Source: an uncultured bacterium (lineage in GTDB: Bacteria; Armatimonadota; UBA5829; DTLH01). From it: DNA of 64,000 nt. The stretch spans positions 8,788 through 72,787 of the forward strand of contig CAZCCV010000007.1 in NCBI GenBank assembly GCA_964497515.1, written 5' to 3'. The notes beneath the pieces were generated by a model, which did no database searches, was not told the DNA's origin, and worked only from the letters and a program-made list of their open reading frames with translations. The translations under genes and the position numbers were made by a program. Below are positions 28,585-38,050 of the stretch, piece by piece (the stretch's first letter is position 1; every line of letters begins with the position of its first letter).

Positions 28585-29331
28585 ATGATACAATTCGCAG
28601 AAAGTGCACTTTCACCTCAAAACAGAAAGGTTGTGAAAGGGAACTATTTTGGTACGCAGGCGGTATATAGAGCTATGACACTGACGGAAGTAACTATGAC
28701 ACTGATGGAAGTATTAGGTTGGGTACTCTGGAATGTGTCTCTCGCAGTACTGCCTGTTGTATTGGCAGTATTCATCGCGCGACGCGTTCCGCAGGCACGA
28801 AGCGTCTCAGAGAAGGCAGTCATCTGGATACTCGGGTTGGTTTGGCTCGCATTTCTGCCAAACACGTGTTACTTGGTCACTGAGTGGCGACACTTTCTGC
28901 ATATTCTGGATGTTAACGATCTTTATGTTCGATCGTACGTGGAGCGCGATTTGTTCATTCAGCTTATGACCCATACTGCGTTCTTTTTCGGATACAGCGC
29001 CACCGGACTAATCACCTTCACACTTGCCCTAAGACCTATTGTGCACCTCGCGAAACGATACAGGAAAAATCTTACTGTATACGCGCTGGTTCTTTTCCCA
29101 ATGTTATCAATCGGTGTGTATCTTGGACTAGTGCTGCGTTACAACAGCTGGGATTTAATCAGCCGCCCGCACGAAATACTCGCCTCAATAGCTGCTATCT
29201 TCAGCCGCCCCAAGCTACTGTCTGTGGTAGTTGTATTTGCGGGATTCCTTTATGTCGCCTATGTGGCGATCGACATATGGATAGACGGGTTAATCGCACG
29301 TTTTGGATCGACCTTCAAACGGCTTCAGTAA
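28585..29331 (+). CDS. Integral membrane protein, DUF1361-like
   Basis: Multi-TM protein with PNTCYLVTEWRHFL, which resembles the DUF1361 PNAPYxxTDxxHL block (from memory). The start is uncertain: 28585, 28675 or 28696. Confidence 0.45.
   Translation: MIQFAESALSPQNRKVVKGNYFGTQAVYRAMTLTEVTMTLMEVLGWVLWNVSLAVLPVVLAVFIARRVPQARSVSEKAVIWILGLVWLAFLPNTCYLVTEWRHFLHILDVNDLYVRSYVERDLFIQLMTHTAFFFGYSATGLITFTLALRPIVHLAKRYRKNLTVYALVLFPMLSIGVYLGLVLRYNSWDLISRPHEILASIAAIFSRPKLLSVVVVFAGFLYVAYVAIDIWIDGLIARFGSTFKRLQ
28675..28716 (+). repeat. 21-bp tandem duplication (2 copies, 18/21 identical)
   Basis: ATGACACTGACGGAAGTAACT / ATGACACTGATGGAAGTATTA, encoding MTLTEVT / MTLMEVL. Confidence 0.7.
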
Positions 29332-29348
29332 GCTGTTGATCATTTGTC

Positions 29349-30353
29349 CTATTCAGGGGTCTTAACCACGACTTCCTCTCCAGCCTCGCCCTGCACAAGA
29401 ACCATTCTGCGCGTCTGCGACTGTGCAAGACTCCGCTTGTACATTGCGTCAGCTACCACACCTGCAAGGATTACTGCACCTATGACAGCGAACTCCCAAA
29501 GCGTAGAAATACCCGTAAGATTGATCGCATTAGTGAGTACCTTAAGAATGCTTGCTCCGATTACTATTCCAATAATCGAACCTTCACCAGCACGCATAGA
29601 GCAGCCACCGAGAACAGCTGCTGCGATGGCATATAGTTCATAAGCTTGCCCGGTTGTAGCAGGCTGCACGGAGTTTGTGTAGCCCGCGTAGAGAATGCCA
29701 GCGATACCCGCCAATACGGCCGAAGTAACGTACGCAATTGTCTTCATTTGCGGGACATTCACACCAGAGTAAGCGACAGCCTTCTCGTTTCGGCCAATGG
29801 CGTAGAGATACCTACCATACTTGGTAAAGTGCAGGAAGAAAGATGTGACTACCACAACCCCAAACAACACCACAACAGGGGTCGGCACACCGTAGACTTC
29901 TCCACTGCCGAGCGCCTGAAACTTCGGATAAGTCATACCCAACCCAACAGCACGGTCATCAACAAGACCTCGCGAGACGCCTCTGAAGAAAAGCATGGTG
30001 CACAGGGTAACAATGAATGGCTGCAGCCCCAGTTTCGACACCATGAAGCCGTGCCACACGCCTACAAGCGCACAGAGCACCAACACCACGCCACTTACCA
30101 TCCATGGGTTGTATCCCCAGTCTACAGTCCCCGTCATCACGAAAAGCCCACCAAAACAGATCAAGGAGCCAACAGAAAGATCGATGCCGCCAGAGAGTAT
30201 GACAATTCCCTCGCCAATGGCAAAGATGGCAAGCAATGCAATGTGTCTTGTCAGGTTCTGCACATTTGTTGGCGTGGCAAAATTATTGTTGAACAGCCAG
30301 GTTCCCACGCACAACAACAAAAGAAGTGCGGCCATACCGAACATCTTCTTCAT
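29349..30353 (-). CDS. Sugar ABC transporter permease (RbsC/AraH-like)
   Basis: 334 aa, polytopic, with a typical monosaccharide-permease layout. Its start overlaps the ATPase stop. Confidence 0.85.
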   Translation of the reverse strand: MKKMFGMAALLLLLCVGTWLFNNNFATPTNVQNLTRHIALLAIFAIGEGIVILSGGIDLSVGSLICFGGLFVMTGTVDWGYNPWMVSGVVLVLCALVGVWHGFMVSKLGLQPFIVTLCTMLFFRGVSRGLVDDRAVGLGMTYPKFQALGSGEVYGVPTPVVVLFGVVVVTSFFLHFTKYGRYLYAIGRNEKAVAYSGVNVPQMKTIAYVTSAVLAGIAGILYAGYTNSVQPATTGQAYELYAIAAAVLGGCSMRAGEGSIIGIVIGASILKVLTNAINLTGISTLWEFAVIGAVILAGVVADAMYKRSLAQSQTRRMVLVQGEAGEEVVVKTPE

Positions 30354-31870
30354 CAGACGGGACCTCCTGTAGCAAGATGCATTATTCGCTCTTCACTAAG
30401 CTCCACCTTGGTCAACTCCCCGCACATTGCGCCTTCGTGCATTACAATAACTCTGTCGGCCAGCCCGACAATCTCCTCCATCTCGGAACTAATCATAATT
30501 ACAGCAACTCCGTTGTCTGCAAGGCGGCGTATCAGTCGATAGATTTCGCTCTTAGAACCCACATCAATCCCTCTCGTCGGTTCGTCGAGAATAAGCACCC
30601 GGGGAGCGAGAGCCAACCACTTCGCAAGCACGACCTTCTGTTGGTTGCCACCCGATAGACACTCGGCAGTCTGATCCAGCCCTGGTGTCTTGATCGAAAG
30701 CACGTCCACCTGCTGGCGAGTTACAACCTCATCTTTCTTTTTGTCAAGAAGCACATTCGGCGATAGAGGCAGCATCGGAAGCGGAATATTCTCTTTAAGC
30801 GACATTTCAAGCAGCAAACCGAGTTCCTTGCGATCCTCAGGTACAAGTGCGATACCGTTACGTATTGCATCTATCGGAGAAGCGATTGACACTTGCTTAC
30901 CATCAATTAGAATCGCACCCGATGTAATAGGATCGACACCAAAAATCGCCCTTGCAAGCTCGGTTCTTCCTGCCCCCACCAGCCCGGACAGACCTAGCAC
31001 TTCGCCTGCATAAGCATCGAAGGAAAACTCTCCGTTGCATTCTCTGCAACGCACATTTACAAGTGAGAGAACAGCCTTCCCGCTCTCTGCTTTTCCTGTC
31101 TCTGGAAAGAATCGAGATATATCGCGGCCGACCATCATTCTGACCATCGCGTCTCGTGTAATCTCGGACTTCTGCAGTTCGCCCACCCGTCTTCCGTCAC
31201 GCAAGACCACTGCTCTGTCGCACATCTCAACTATCTCATCCATTCTGTGAGAGATGTAGATCATCGACACACCACTGGCCTTGAGTGTGCGCATCACACT
31301 AAACAGTGCCTGCGCTTCTCTTTCTGATAGCGAACTGGTAGGCTCGTCCAAGACAAGAATCCGGGCAGACTGAGAAAGCGCTTTCGCGATTTCAACAAGC
31401 TGTTGTTGCGCGGTGGGAAGATCCTCGACAATCGAGCTGAGCGGCACTGAAATGCCAACCATTTTGGCTGCATCTGCTGCCTGCTGAAACAGCCTCCGGC
31501 GGTTAACCAGAGCCATTCTTCCTGTAGGCTCCCGTCCCAGCATAATATTCGAAGCGATGTCGAGGTTACCGGCAAGATTGAGCTCCTGATGAATAGTCGC
31601 CACGCCGTGAGCCAAAGCATCCTGAACGCTCCCCAGTTTTACCGGCACGCCATCTATCATAACGTTTCCGGCATCAGGAACGTAGATGCCACTCAGGATG
31701 TTCATTAACGTGCTCTTGCCTGCACCATTCTCACCTATCAACCCCAGTATCTCTCCTGGATACAGTGTCAAATCGACGTCAGAAAGCGCGAGCACGCCAG
31801 GAAATCGCTTCGTTATTCCCGTCATTTCAAGGAGGGGACGGATGTCGTCCCCTCCTGCTAAATCAGTCAC
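30353..31870 (-). CDS. Sugar ABC transporter ATP-binding protein (duplicated ATPase, RbsA/MglA-like)
   Basis: It has a Walker A (GENGAGKST), two signature motifs (LSGGNQQK) and two Walker B motifs (ILVLDEPT, VLILDEPT). Confidence 0.9.
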   Translation of the reverse strand: MTDLAGGDDIRPLLEMTGITKRFPGVLALSDVDLTLYPGEILGLIGENGAGKSTLMNILSGIYVPDAGNVMIDGVPVKLGSVQDALAHGVATIHQELNLAGNLDIASNIMLGREPTGRMALVNRRRLFQQAADAAKMVGISVPLSSIVEDLPTAQQQLVEIAKALSQSARILVLDEPTSSLSEREAQALFSVMRTLKASGVSMIYISHRMDEIVEMCDRAVVLRDGRRVGELQKSEITRDAMVRMMVGRDISRFFPETGKAESGKAVLSLVNVRCRECNGEFSFDAYAGEVLGLSGLVGAGRTELARAIFGVDPITSGAILIDGKQVSIASPIDAIRNGIALVPEDRKELGLLLEMSLKENIPLPMLPLSPNVLLDKKKDEVVTRQQVDVLSIKTPGLDQTAECLSGGNQQKVVLAKWLALAPRVLILDEPTRGIDVGSKSEIYRLIRRLADNGVAVIMISSEMEEIVGLADRVIVMHEGAMCGELTKVELSEERIMHLATGGPV

Positions 31871-31875
31871 TCGAG

Positions 31876-32826
31876 TTAGTTCCCAATCATCTCTTTGAAC
31901 TCGGCCTCGAACTCATCAACATTGTCTTTGTTGATGACATTAGCTCCGGTATCGATTATCTTGTTTGCAGGAATGTCCACCTTCTCTTTGCGAGCAAGTG
32001 CCGCAAGAAGCTTAACAGACTGGTATCCGAACTGGTATGGATTCTGAACTACCGTCGAGAATATATCGCCATCTCGAACACCCTGCAGTGTAGCCTCGTC
32101 TTCGTCGAAGCAAACGATCTTTACCTGCCCATTCTTCTTGGCTGCCTTAAGTGCCGCAAGAATTGTTGGGCCGTTGTAGCTCCAGAGCCCCACAAACGCA
32201 GCTACGTCAGGAGTCTTCACCAACTGGTCTTCAACATTGGATTTCGCCTTAGTACGATCTACATTGTCTGTCAGCACCTTGACAATTTCTACTTTGCTGC
32301 CCTTGATAGAGTCCACTATGCCCTGGTATCTGTCGCGAGCGTTTTGAGCGTCGAGCATTCCGACGCATACGAAGATTTTCCCACCATCTGGCAGGGCTTT
32401 CTTGATCTCTTCTCCCGCCAGCTTCCCTGCCTCGTAGTTGTCTGTACCGACATAGCAGAGTCTATCACTATCTGGAGCATCTGTATCGGTAGTGATAAGG
32501 ATTGTCTGCGACGCTGCTTTGTTGATGTCCGCTGTCTGGTTAGCAGGGTCTATAGGTGCCAGGGCAATACCATCTACACCGCGAGCAATAATGTCCTCGA
32601 GCTTGGTCTTCTGTTCTGTCGCACCTGCTTGCGATGGCGCAATGACTTTGCAGGTCACATTGATTTCTTCCGCCGCCTTAGATGCGCCTGCTTCAACAAT
32701 CTTCCAGAACTCCGACGCACTTGGCGCCAGAATCGCCAGGCTAATCTCATCTTCTGACTGTTTCGAACAGCCAATCAATGAAATGATAAGGCAGAGCGAA
32801 ACCAGCACAAACACAAATCTCTTCAT
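31876..32826 (-). CDS. Sugar-binding periplasmic lipoprotein (RbsB-like)
   Basis: The lipobox is LIGC. The layout is Peripla_BP_4-like, and it lies 5 nt upstream of the ATPase gene. Confidence 0.85.
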   Translation of the reverse strand: MKRFVFVLVSLCLIISLIGCSKQSEDEISLAILAPSASEFWKIVEAGASKAAEEINVTCKVIAPSQAGATEQKTKLEDIIARGVDGIALAPIDPANQTADINKAASQTILITTDTDAPDSDRLCYVGTDNYEAGKLAGEEIKKALPDGGKIFVCVGMLDAQNARDRYQGIVDSIKGSKVEIVKVLTDNVDRTKAKSNVEDQLVKTPDVAAFVGLWSYNGPTILAALKAAKKNGQVKIVCFDEDEATLQGVRDGDIFSTVVQNPYQFGYQSVKLLAALARKEKVDIPANKIIDTGANVINKDNVDEFEAEFKEMIGN

Positions 32827-32930
32827 TCCCAGTACCTCCCGTATGTTCTATCACACTCAGTCTAGTTTTACAGGCTGTGCCTGATTGCCTTGTGGTTAGG
32901 ATCATTTGGAACGGACTACCCGAACACCTC

Positions 32931-34793
32931 TTAGCGTTTGCTCCTGAACTCTAATGCACTAACAGAGTATGCAGGCAGAACAATCGTATCACCATCGAAC
33001 TGAACTGGAACCGCTTGAACTCTATTCGGTGACGTCCAATGGTTCATTATGTCAGGCTGTCTTCGGTCGAGCGTGTCACATACAACCTCACCGCCATTTG
33101 TAGTAAGGTTTTTGTATGCGCTTACGTCGAGTTTGATCCTCACAGGCTCTTTGGTGGTGTTTACAGCAAACAGAGTAACCTGCTTGGAACTATCAGTCCT
33201 ACACGCCGAAAAATCAACGCCGCGCACCTGCCCTTTCACCTGGAGCGGAACTGGCTTGTAGTGGTCTGCATAGAGTTTCATAACTTGGTATGTGGGAGTC
33301 TTAAGCACTCCACTCGGCCTGGTGACGATATAACCGCTGCACAAGCTGTTTGTCATATTCGACCGACAAGCGATTCCGACAAAATCCGAATGTTTGTGTA
33401 GCACATTCAAAAACCTGGCTGAACTGAGTCCACAATCCAGTGTGAGCATACGCCCTCGGTTGAGCCCCCAGTCGGCTGCTGTGGTGTTCCATTCGGTAAT
33501 CGCCATATGGACATCGTGGTCAAGGTTTGCAGCCTCCACAATCTTCTGCTGCTCTATCAAACTCGCCTCTGTACCACGAGTATCCTTTATCCAATAGTAG
33601 TGGTGGGCGACATAATCCAGATGTTTGCCGGCAGACTCAAGAACCAAAGGTGTGTCGTCAGCGGCCAGTACCGTGATAGAAGGATCGATCTCCAGCAGTG
33701 CTTTACACCAATCGACACAGGATAGATCGTACGCTTCTCCCCACGATTCATTGCCAATCTGCCAGTACTTCACGCCATACGGCTTAGGGTGGCCATTCTG
33801 AGCACGTTTCTTGCCCCAGACCGTATTACTGCTACCATTGCAGTATTCAAGCAGATTGCGTGCACTTTCCTTGCCTTCAGCCAACCCCACGCATATCAGT
33901 GGTTCGGCTCCTACAGCACGGCAGAAAGCTACGAACTCATCAATTCCGACGTCATTGCAATCGTATCTGCCCCAATACTGATTCCAAAACGGCTGACGAA
34001 GATCCTTATCACCAATACCGTTCTGCCATTTGTAGCCATATTCCTGCAAAGACCCTCCGAAGCGGATAATTCCAGGCTTTGCAGCTTTGATAGTGCTGAT
34101 GACATCCGGGCGCCATCCTTCTATTGCATCTGTTGGTACAAGTGAAAGCTTATCCGCCCACACTGTGGCACTATTCTCAGTAGATACACTGAGTTCTATT
34201 ACGGCTTTCTCTGTAGTACCTTTCGATTTCAGCTTGCACGACACCTTTCCCCACTCGTTTGATAGTGGAGCAAGCTGTTTCTCGGCAAGAATCATCCAGG
34301 AACCATCTGGAAGCAGCGTTTTTATGGAAACCCTCGCGTTAGCTTCTGCGTCAGTCGACTTGAACCAGCCAGAAAACGCGTAGGTGTGACCTTTTTTCAC
34401 ATAGAGACCCCGTTGTGAGAGAACTCCTGGCTTGCGGTCAGTGGAGACTATACGTGCCGATTGCTTGCCGTTGAAAGAGTCAGTTGCATCAGAAGCCCAC
34501 GTGTCGTTAGCATCCCATTCACGGTCGCAGAAGTTCGGTTCTCCGGTGTAGTAGAACCAGTTAGTCGGCTTCACTCCTTCAAATCCCCGATCGTTCAGCA
34601 TTTCAGCCCACATCCCAGGAATTAGATCGTCGAGCATCTCTATGAACCCACCATAGAGTTTGTTGGTGATACGGCCAGAGTGAATAGGTTCTGTGCCAAT
34701 CGAAATCGTCGGCACATAATCGGCCGCCAATGCGCCGGCGAAGCCCGACACCAGCAGCAGCACAGAAACAAGAGTCACATATCGCGTTGTCAT
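32931..34793 (-). CDS. Secreted GH51-like alpha-L-arabinofuranosidase with N-terminal CBM-like domain
   Basis: Clan GH-A motifs are present: YWQIGNESWG (acid/base) and AITEWNTTA (nucleophile). ATG 34793 gives the signal peptide MTTRYVTLVSVLLLVSGFAGALA; the ORF opens at GTG 34817. Confidence 0.7.
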   Translation of the reverse strand: MTTRYVTLVSVLLLVSGFAGALAADYVPTISIGTEPIHSGRITNKLYGGFIEMLDDLIPGMWAEMLNDRGFEGVKPTNWFYYTGEPNFCDREWDANDTWASDATDSFNGKQSARIVSTDRKPGVLSQRGLYVKKGHTYAFSGWFKSTDAEANARVSIKTLLPDGSWMILAEKQLAPLSNEWGKVSCKLKSKGTTEKAVIELSVSTENSATVWADKLSLVPTDAIEGWRPDVISTIKAAKPGIIRFGGSLQEYGYKWQNGIGDKDLRQPFWNQYWGRYDCNDVGIDEFVAFCRAVGAEPLICVGLAEGKESARNLLEYCNGSSNTVWGKKRAQNGHPKPYGVKYWQIGNESWGEAYDLSCVDWCKALLEIDPSITVLAADDTPLVLESAGKHLDYVAHHYYWIKDTRGTEASLIEQQKIVEAANLDHDVHMAITEWNTTAADWGLNRGRMLTLDCGLSSARFLNVLHKHSDFVGIACRSNMTNSLCSGYIVTRPSGVLKTPTYQVMKLYADHYKPVPLQVKGQVRGVDFSACRTDSSKQVTLFAVNTTKEPVRIKLDVSAYKNLTTNGGEVVCDTLDRRQPDIMNHWTSPNRVQAVPVQFDGDTIVLPAYSVSALEFRSKR

Positions 34794-34804
34794 ATTAAAG
34801 CAGC

Positions 34805-36658
34805 CTATCTGGAGCACTCGAGTGCTGTAACAGAGAATGCCGGCAGTGTGATGGTATCTCCGGCTGGGTTCGCATCTATTGTCCGAATCCTATCAGGCGC
34901 AGTCCAGTGGTTCATAATGTCAGGCTGTCTTCTATCGAGTGTATCGCAGACAACCTGGCCACCGACAGGGGCAAAGCCACGTGGATACAAAGACAAATCA
35001 AACCTGATAGTCATTGGCTCCTTGTCGGTGTTGACTAGAAACACGCACATCGTAGAGCCGTCCGCAGTCCTGCAAGCGGATACATCGACTGTCTCAGGAG
35101 CACCGTCAACTCGCAAAGGAATCGGTTTAGTATGTTCGCTATAGAGCTTCATAACGTGGTACGGGGCGCGCTTCAGCACTCCGATTGAGTTGGTTTCGAT
35201 CATCCCACTGCAATGGCTATTGGTCATATTCGATCGACAAGCTATCTCAACTCTGTCAGAGTTGCGCTGCAGCAGATTCAAATATCTGGCGTTATGGAGC
35301 GCAACTTCAAGAGTATCGAGTTTAGCCCTCTGGATTCCCCAAGAGCTTGCAGTCCAGTTCCATTCCGTAATGCCCAGTTTGATTTGGCTATCGAGAGAGA
35401 ATTCTCTAAGAAGTTTGGAGTTGTTGTCAATATCCTTCTGGCAACCCACGAGATCCGGGGTGTAGTGATGCGGACAGATGTGGCTCAGGTACTTGCCGAC
35501 CCTCTCGAGCAATCTTTTTGAGGGATACGATGACATAATCTGAACGCTCGGATCGGTCTCTTTGATTAGAGCGCAAAACTCTACGCACGTCTCCGAATAC
35601 TCATCGCCGCCAAGTTCATTGCCAAGCTGCCAGTATTTGACATTGTATGGTTTAGGATGACCATTCTCAGCGCGTTTCTTCCCCCAGCCCTTGTCAGCAG
35701 GCCCATTGCAGTACTCTACGAGGTCTTTTGCACTCTGTGGACCATCGGAAAGGCACACGCAGATGAGCGGCTCAACGCGGGCAGCTTCACAGAATTGCAG
35801 GAACTCGTCGATTCCAACGTCATTGGGGTCGTTCCTGCCCCATACCCAGTTTCGAAATGGAATGCGATCGTCTCTGTCGCCGATACCTTCTTTCCATTTG
35901 TAACCTCCCGGGTCAATAAGCGACCCACCCCATCGAATAAGACCCGGGTGGGAATCGCGAACGACATGTACGACGTCTTTTCGCCACCCATTGATGTTAT
36001 CAGTTGGCATCAGTGAGAGTTTGTCTGCCCACACGTTGCCACTTCCGATTGCCTTCAGCTCGAAGACTGCATTCTCATCGTATCCGTTAGCAGCAAATAC
36101 AACTGAAACCTTTTTCCAATCTGCATCAATGGATGGCAGTCTTGCAGAACCGAGGGTCAGCCAATCGCCATTTGGAAGCTTTGATTTAAGTGCAACTTCA
36201 ACTTCAATTGCAGGAAAATCAGTCTTGAACCATCCCGTGAACCTGTATGTCATACCTTTACGGGCGCCGCAGCCAGATTGGGTGAGTCCCGCAGGTTTGT
36301 TGCTCCTAGGCATCAGCCTTGCGGATGCACCACCGCGATAATGGATCTTGTTATCGACTGTCCACGATTTGTTATCGTCCCACTTGCGATCACAGAAGTT
36401 GAGTTCTCCAGCGTGATAACACCAGTTGGCGGGCTCGCCAGCACCTTCGAAGCTCCTGTCATTCAGTTGCTCCGCCCACATACCTGGCACGAGGTCTTCG
36501 AGAAGCTCAATGAATCCTCCGTAAATCATGGGGCTGATCTGACCGGAATGCATGGGTTCATACGATACCTTTACAACCGGGATTTGGGAGGTCGTCTGCC
36601 CTATGCAGATTGCACTTAGTAAGAGCAGTGTTAGCACGAGAATAATCCGTTGCATCAT
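34805..36658 (-). CDS. Secreted GH51-like alpha-L-arabinofuranosidase, tandem paralog
   Basis: YWQLGNELGG and GITEWNWTA are present, and it is collinear with the downstream paralog. AAGGAAAG lies before the ATG ATG at 36658; the ORF opens at 36712. Confidence 0.7.
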   Translation of the reverse strand: MMQRIILVLTLLLLSAICIGQTTSQIPVVKVSYEPMHSGQISPMIYGGFIELLEDLVPGMWAEQLNDRSFEGAGEPANWCYHAGELNFCDRKWDDNKSWTVDNKIHYRGGASARLMPRSNKPAGLTQSGCGARKGMTYRFTGWFKTDFPAIEVEVALKSKLPNGDWLTLGSARLPSIDADWKKVSVVFAANGYDENAVFELKAIGSGNVWADKLSLMPTDNINGWRKDVVHVVRDSHPGLIRWGGSLIDPGGYKWKEGIGDRDDRIPFRNWVWGRNDPNDVGIDEFLQFCEAARVEPLICVCLSDGPQSAKDLVEYCNGPADKGWGKKRAENGHPKPYNVKYWQLGNELGGDEYSETCVEFCALIKETDPSVQIMSSYPSKRLLERVGKYLSHICPHHYTPDLVGCQKDIDNNSKLLREFSLDSQIKLGITEWNWTASSWGIQRAKLDTLEVALHNARYLNLLQRNSDRVEIACRSNMTNSHCSGMIETNSIGVLKRAPYHVMKLYSEHTKPIPLRVDGAPETVDVSACRTADGSTMCVFLVNTDKEPMTIRFDLSLYPRGFAPVGGQVVCDTLDRRQPDIMNHWTAPDRIRTIDANPAGDTITLPAFSVTALECSR

Positions 36659-36892
36659 TCTTTCCTTCTGAGCCTGGCGATTCAGTTGACCGGTTGCAAA
36701 GCTCTGATCCACGCCTACAACATTTGTGCAACCGTTTGCATAGTACTACTGCCGCACACTCCTGTCAATGGCAACGAAGAGAAATAATTTGCATTTTGCC
36801 TGATGTTTCACCGTGGGGTGCAGAGCCTTTACTGATTAGCTGTTATAGGGTAAACTGAGAGAAACCAGAGGAAAGCAGGCAGGCAACATACG

Positions 36893-37090
36893 ATGAACAG
36901 AGGCGGTTTTTCTTGGAACAGACTACTTGGAATCACTGCACTGAAATCCAGGATTTCCAGAAAGATCGGGATTCCTCTAACCCGATCTGGCAGGCAAAGG
37001 AAGCTGGGAGCTGCTATGGGATGCTCAATAATCAGTTTTGCCCTCGCAGCACTCTTGGCACTGACATTTTTAACACTTGTCGGACGCTAG
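36893..37090 (+). CDS. Small basic membrane-anchored protein (65 aa), unknown function
   Basis: A basic N-terminal half (SRKIGIPLTRSGRQRKLG) is followed by one C-terminal TM helix. The gene stands alone in a 700-bp gap, and coding status is not proven. Confidence 0.35.
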   Translation: MNRGGFSWNRLLGITALKSRISRKIGIPLTRSGRQRKLGAAMGCSIISFALAALLALTFLTLVGR

Positions 37091-37257
37091 AAGTGGTCTA
37101 CACAATCATATAGGCAACTGAAGCTCTCCGTATGCGATGGTTTTCGGTTTGCCATCTTACCGAACCCCACGCCTCGACATTTTTAACCAAAAGCCCCCCG
37201 TAAACACCTAAACTCTCTCGAATCCACACTCAGCAACACTCTTTCCAAAAGTGATGT

Positions 37258-37286
37258 TTGACGAGGCACGTATTATGGAATATAAC
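37258..37286 (+). promoter_or_regulatory. Sigma-70-like promoter TTGACG-17-TATAAC
   Basis: TTGACG at 37258-37263, an exact 17-nt spacer, and TATAAC at 37281-37286. Confidence 0.5.
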
Positions 37287-37294
37287 ATTCATAC

Positions 37295-37312
37295 TATACC
37301 CCCGGGGGTATA
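37295..37312. promoter_or_regulatory. Perfect 18-bp palindrome TATACCCCCGGGGGTATA (candidate repressor operator)
   Basis: It begins 9 nt after the predicted -10, so it covers the expected transcription start. Its 10-mer ATACCCCCGG recurs at 37681-37690 upstream of trxA. Confidence 0.45.
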
Positions 37313-37418
37313 CGAAGCGTAGGAACCATGTTCCTCTGGAAGCAGGAACGAGAGTAGGGATTATGACTTACGTGAGCGCAGTTGATCTGTTAATCGTCAC
37401 GTGAAAAGAGGTGATAAG

Positions 37419-37604
37419 ATGCCGATTTATGAGTACAAATGCAAGACTTGTGGGGCAACTTTCGATGTTCAGCAGTCCGTGGAGTCGAGAGACAACGAGA
37501 CTCCGTGTCCTATATGCAACAGCAAAGATACAGAGAGAGTAATCTCGCAGTTTAATTCAGCTTCGTCCTGTGGATCTGGCCGGCCCTCTGGGCCGTTCTC
37601 TTGA
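37419..37604 (+). CDS. FmdB-family zinc-ribbon protein
   Basis: MPIYEYKCKTCGATFDV...TPCPICNS is the CxxC...CxxC signature with the canonical MPIYEY start. The ORF opens at 37401. Confidence 0.75.
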   Translation: MPIYEYKCKTCGATFDVQQSVESRDNETPCPICNSKDTERVISQFNSASSCGSGRPSGPFS

Positions 37605-37720
37605 AGGAGCTAACTTGTGCCAGTTGGTGCAATCAGTTTCTGTGTGAACACTTGTTTCATTGTATCGAATTACAGCAGTAATACCCCCGGAATACCATTT
37701 TGGAAAAGGAATAGTTGGTT

Positions 37721-38050
37721 ATGAGCAGTGCAGTAGCAGTAAATGAATCCAGCTTTGATGCTGAAGTGACAAAGTCGGATATTTCCGTGCTTGTAGATTT
37801 CTGGGCAAGCTGGTGTATGCCTTGTCGGATGCTCGCTCCGGTACTGGATCAGGTTGCCCAAGAAATGGATGGAAAAGTCAAGGTTGTAAAAGTGGACGTT
37901 GACGCCAACCCTAAGCTCGCAGCGCAATATCAGATTCAGGGCATTCCAACGCTAATCGCGTTCAAAGACGGCACGGCTGTTGAGCGATTAGTCGGCGTGC
38001 AACCGAAAGGCACGCTCATTTCTACTCTCAACGGCATTCTCGAAAAGTAG
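37721..38050 (+). CDS. trxA: Thioredoxin (active site WCMPC)
   Basis: 109 aa from ATG 37721, with AAGGA upstream. VLVDFWASWCMPCRMLAP and IQGIPTLIAFKDG are thioredoxin-fold motifs. Confidence 0.88.
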   Translation: MSSAVAVNESSFDAEVTKSDISVLVDFWASWCMPCRMLAPVLDQVAQEMDGKVKVVKVDVDANPKLAAQYQIQGIPTLIAFKDGTAVERLVGVQPKGTLISTLNGILEK

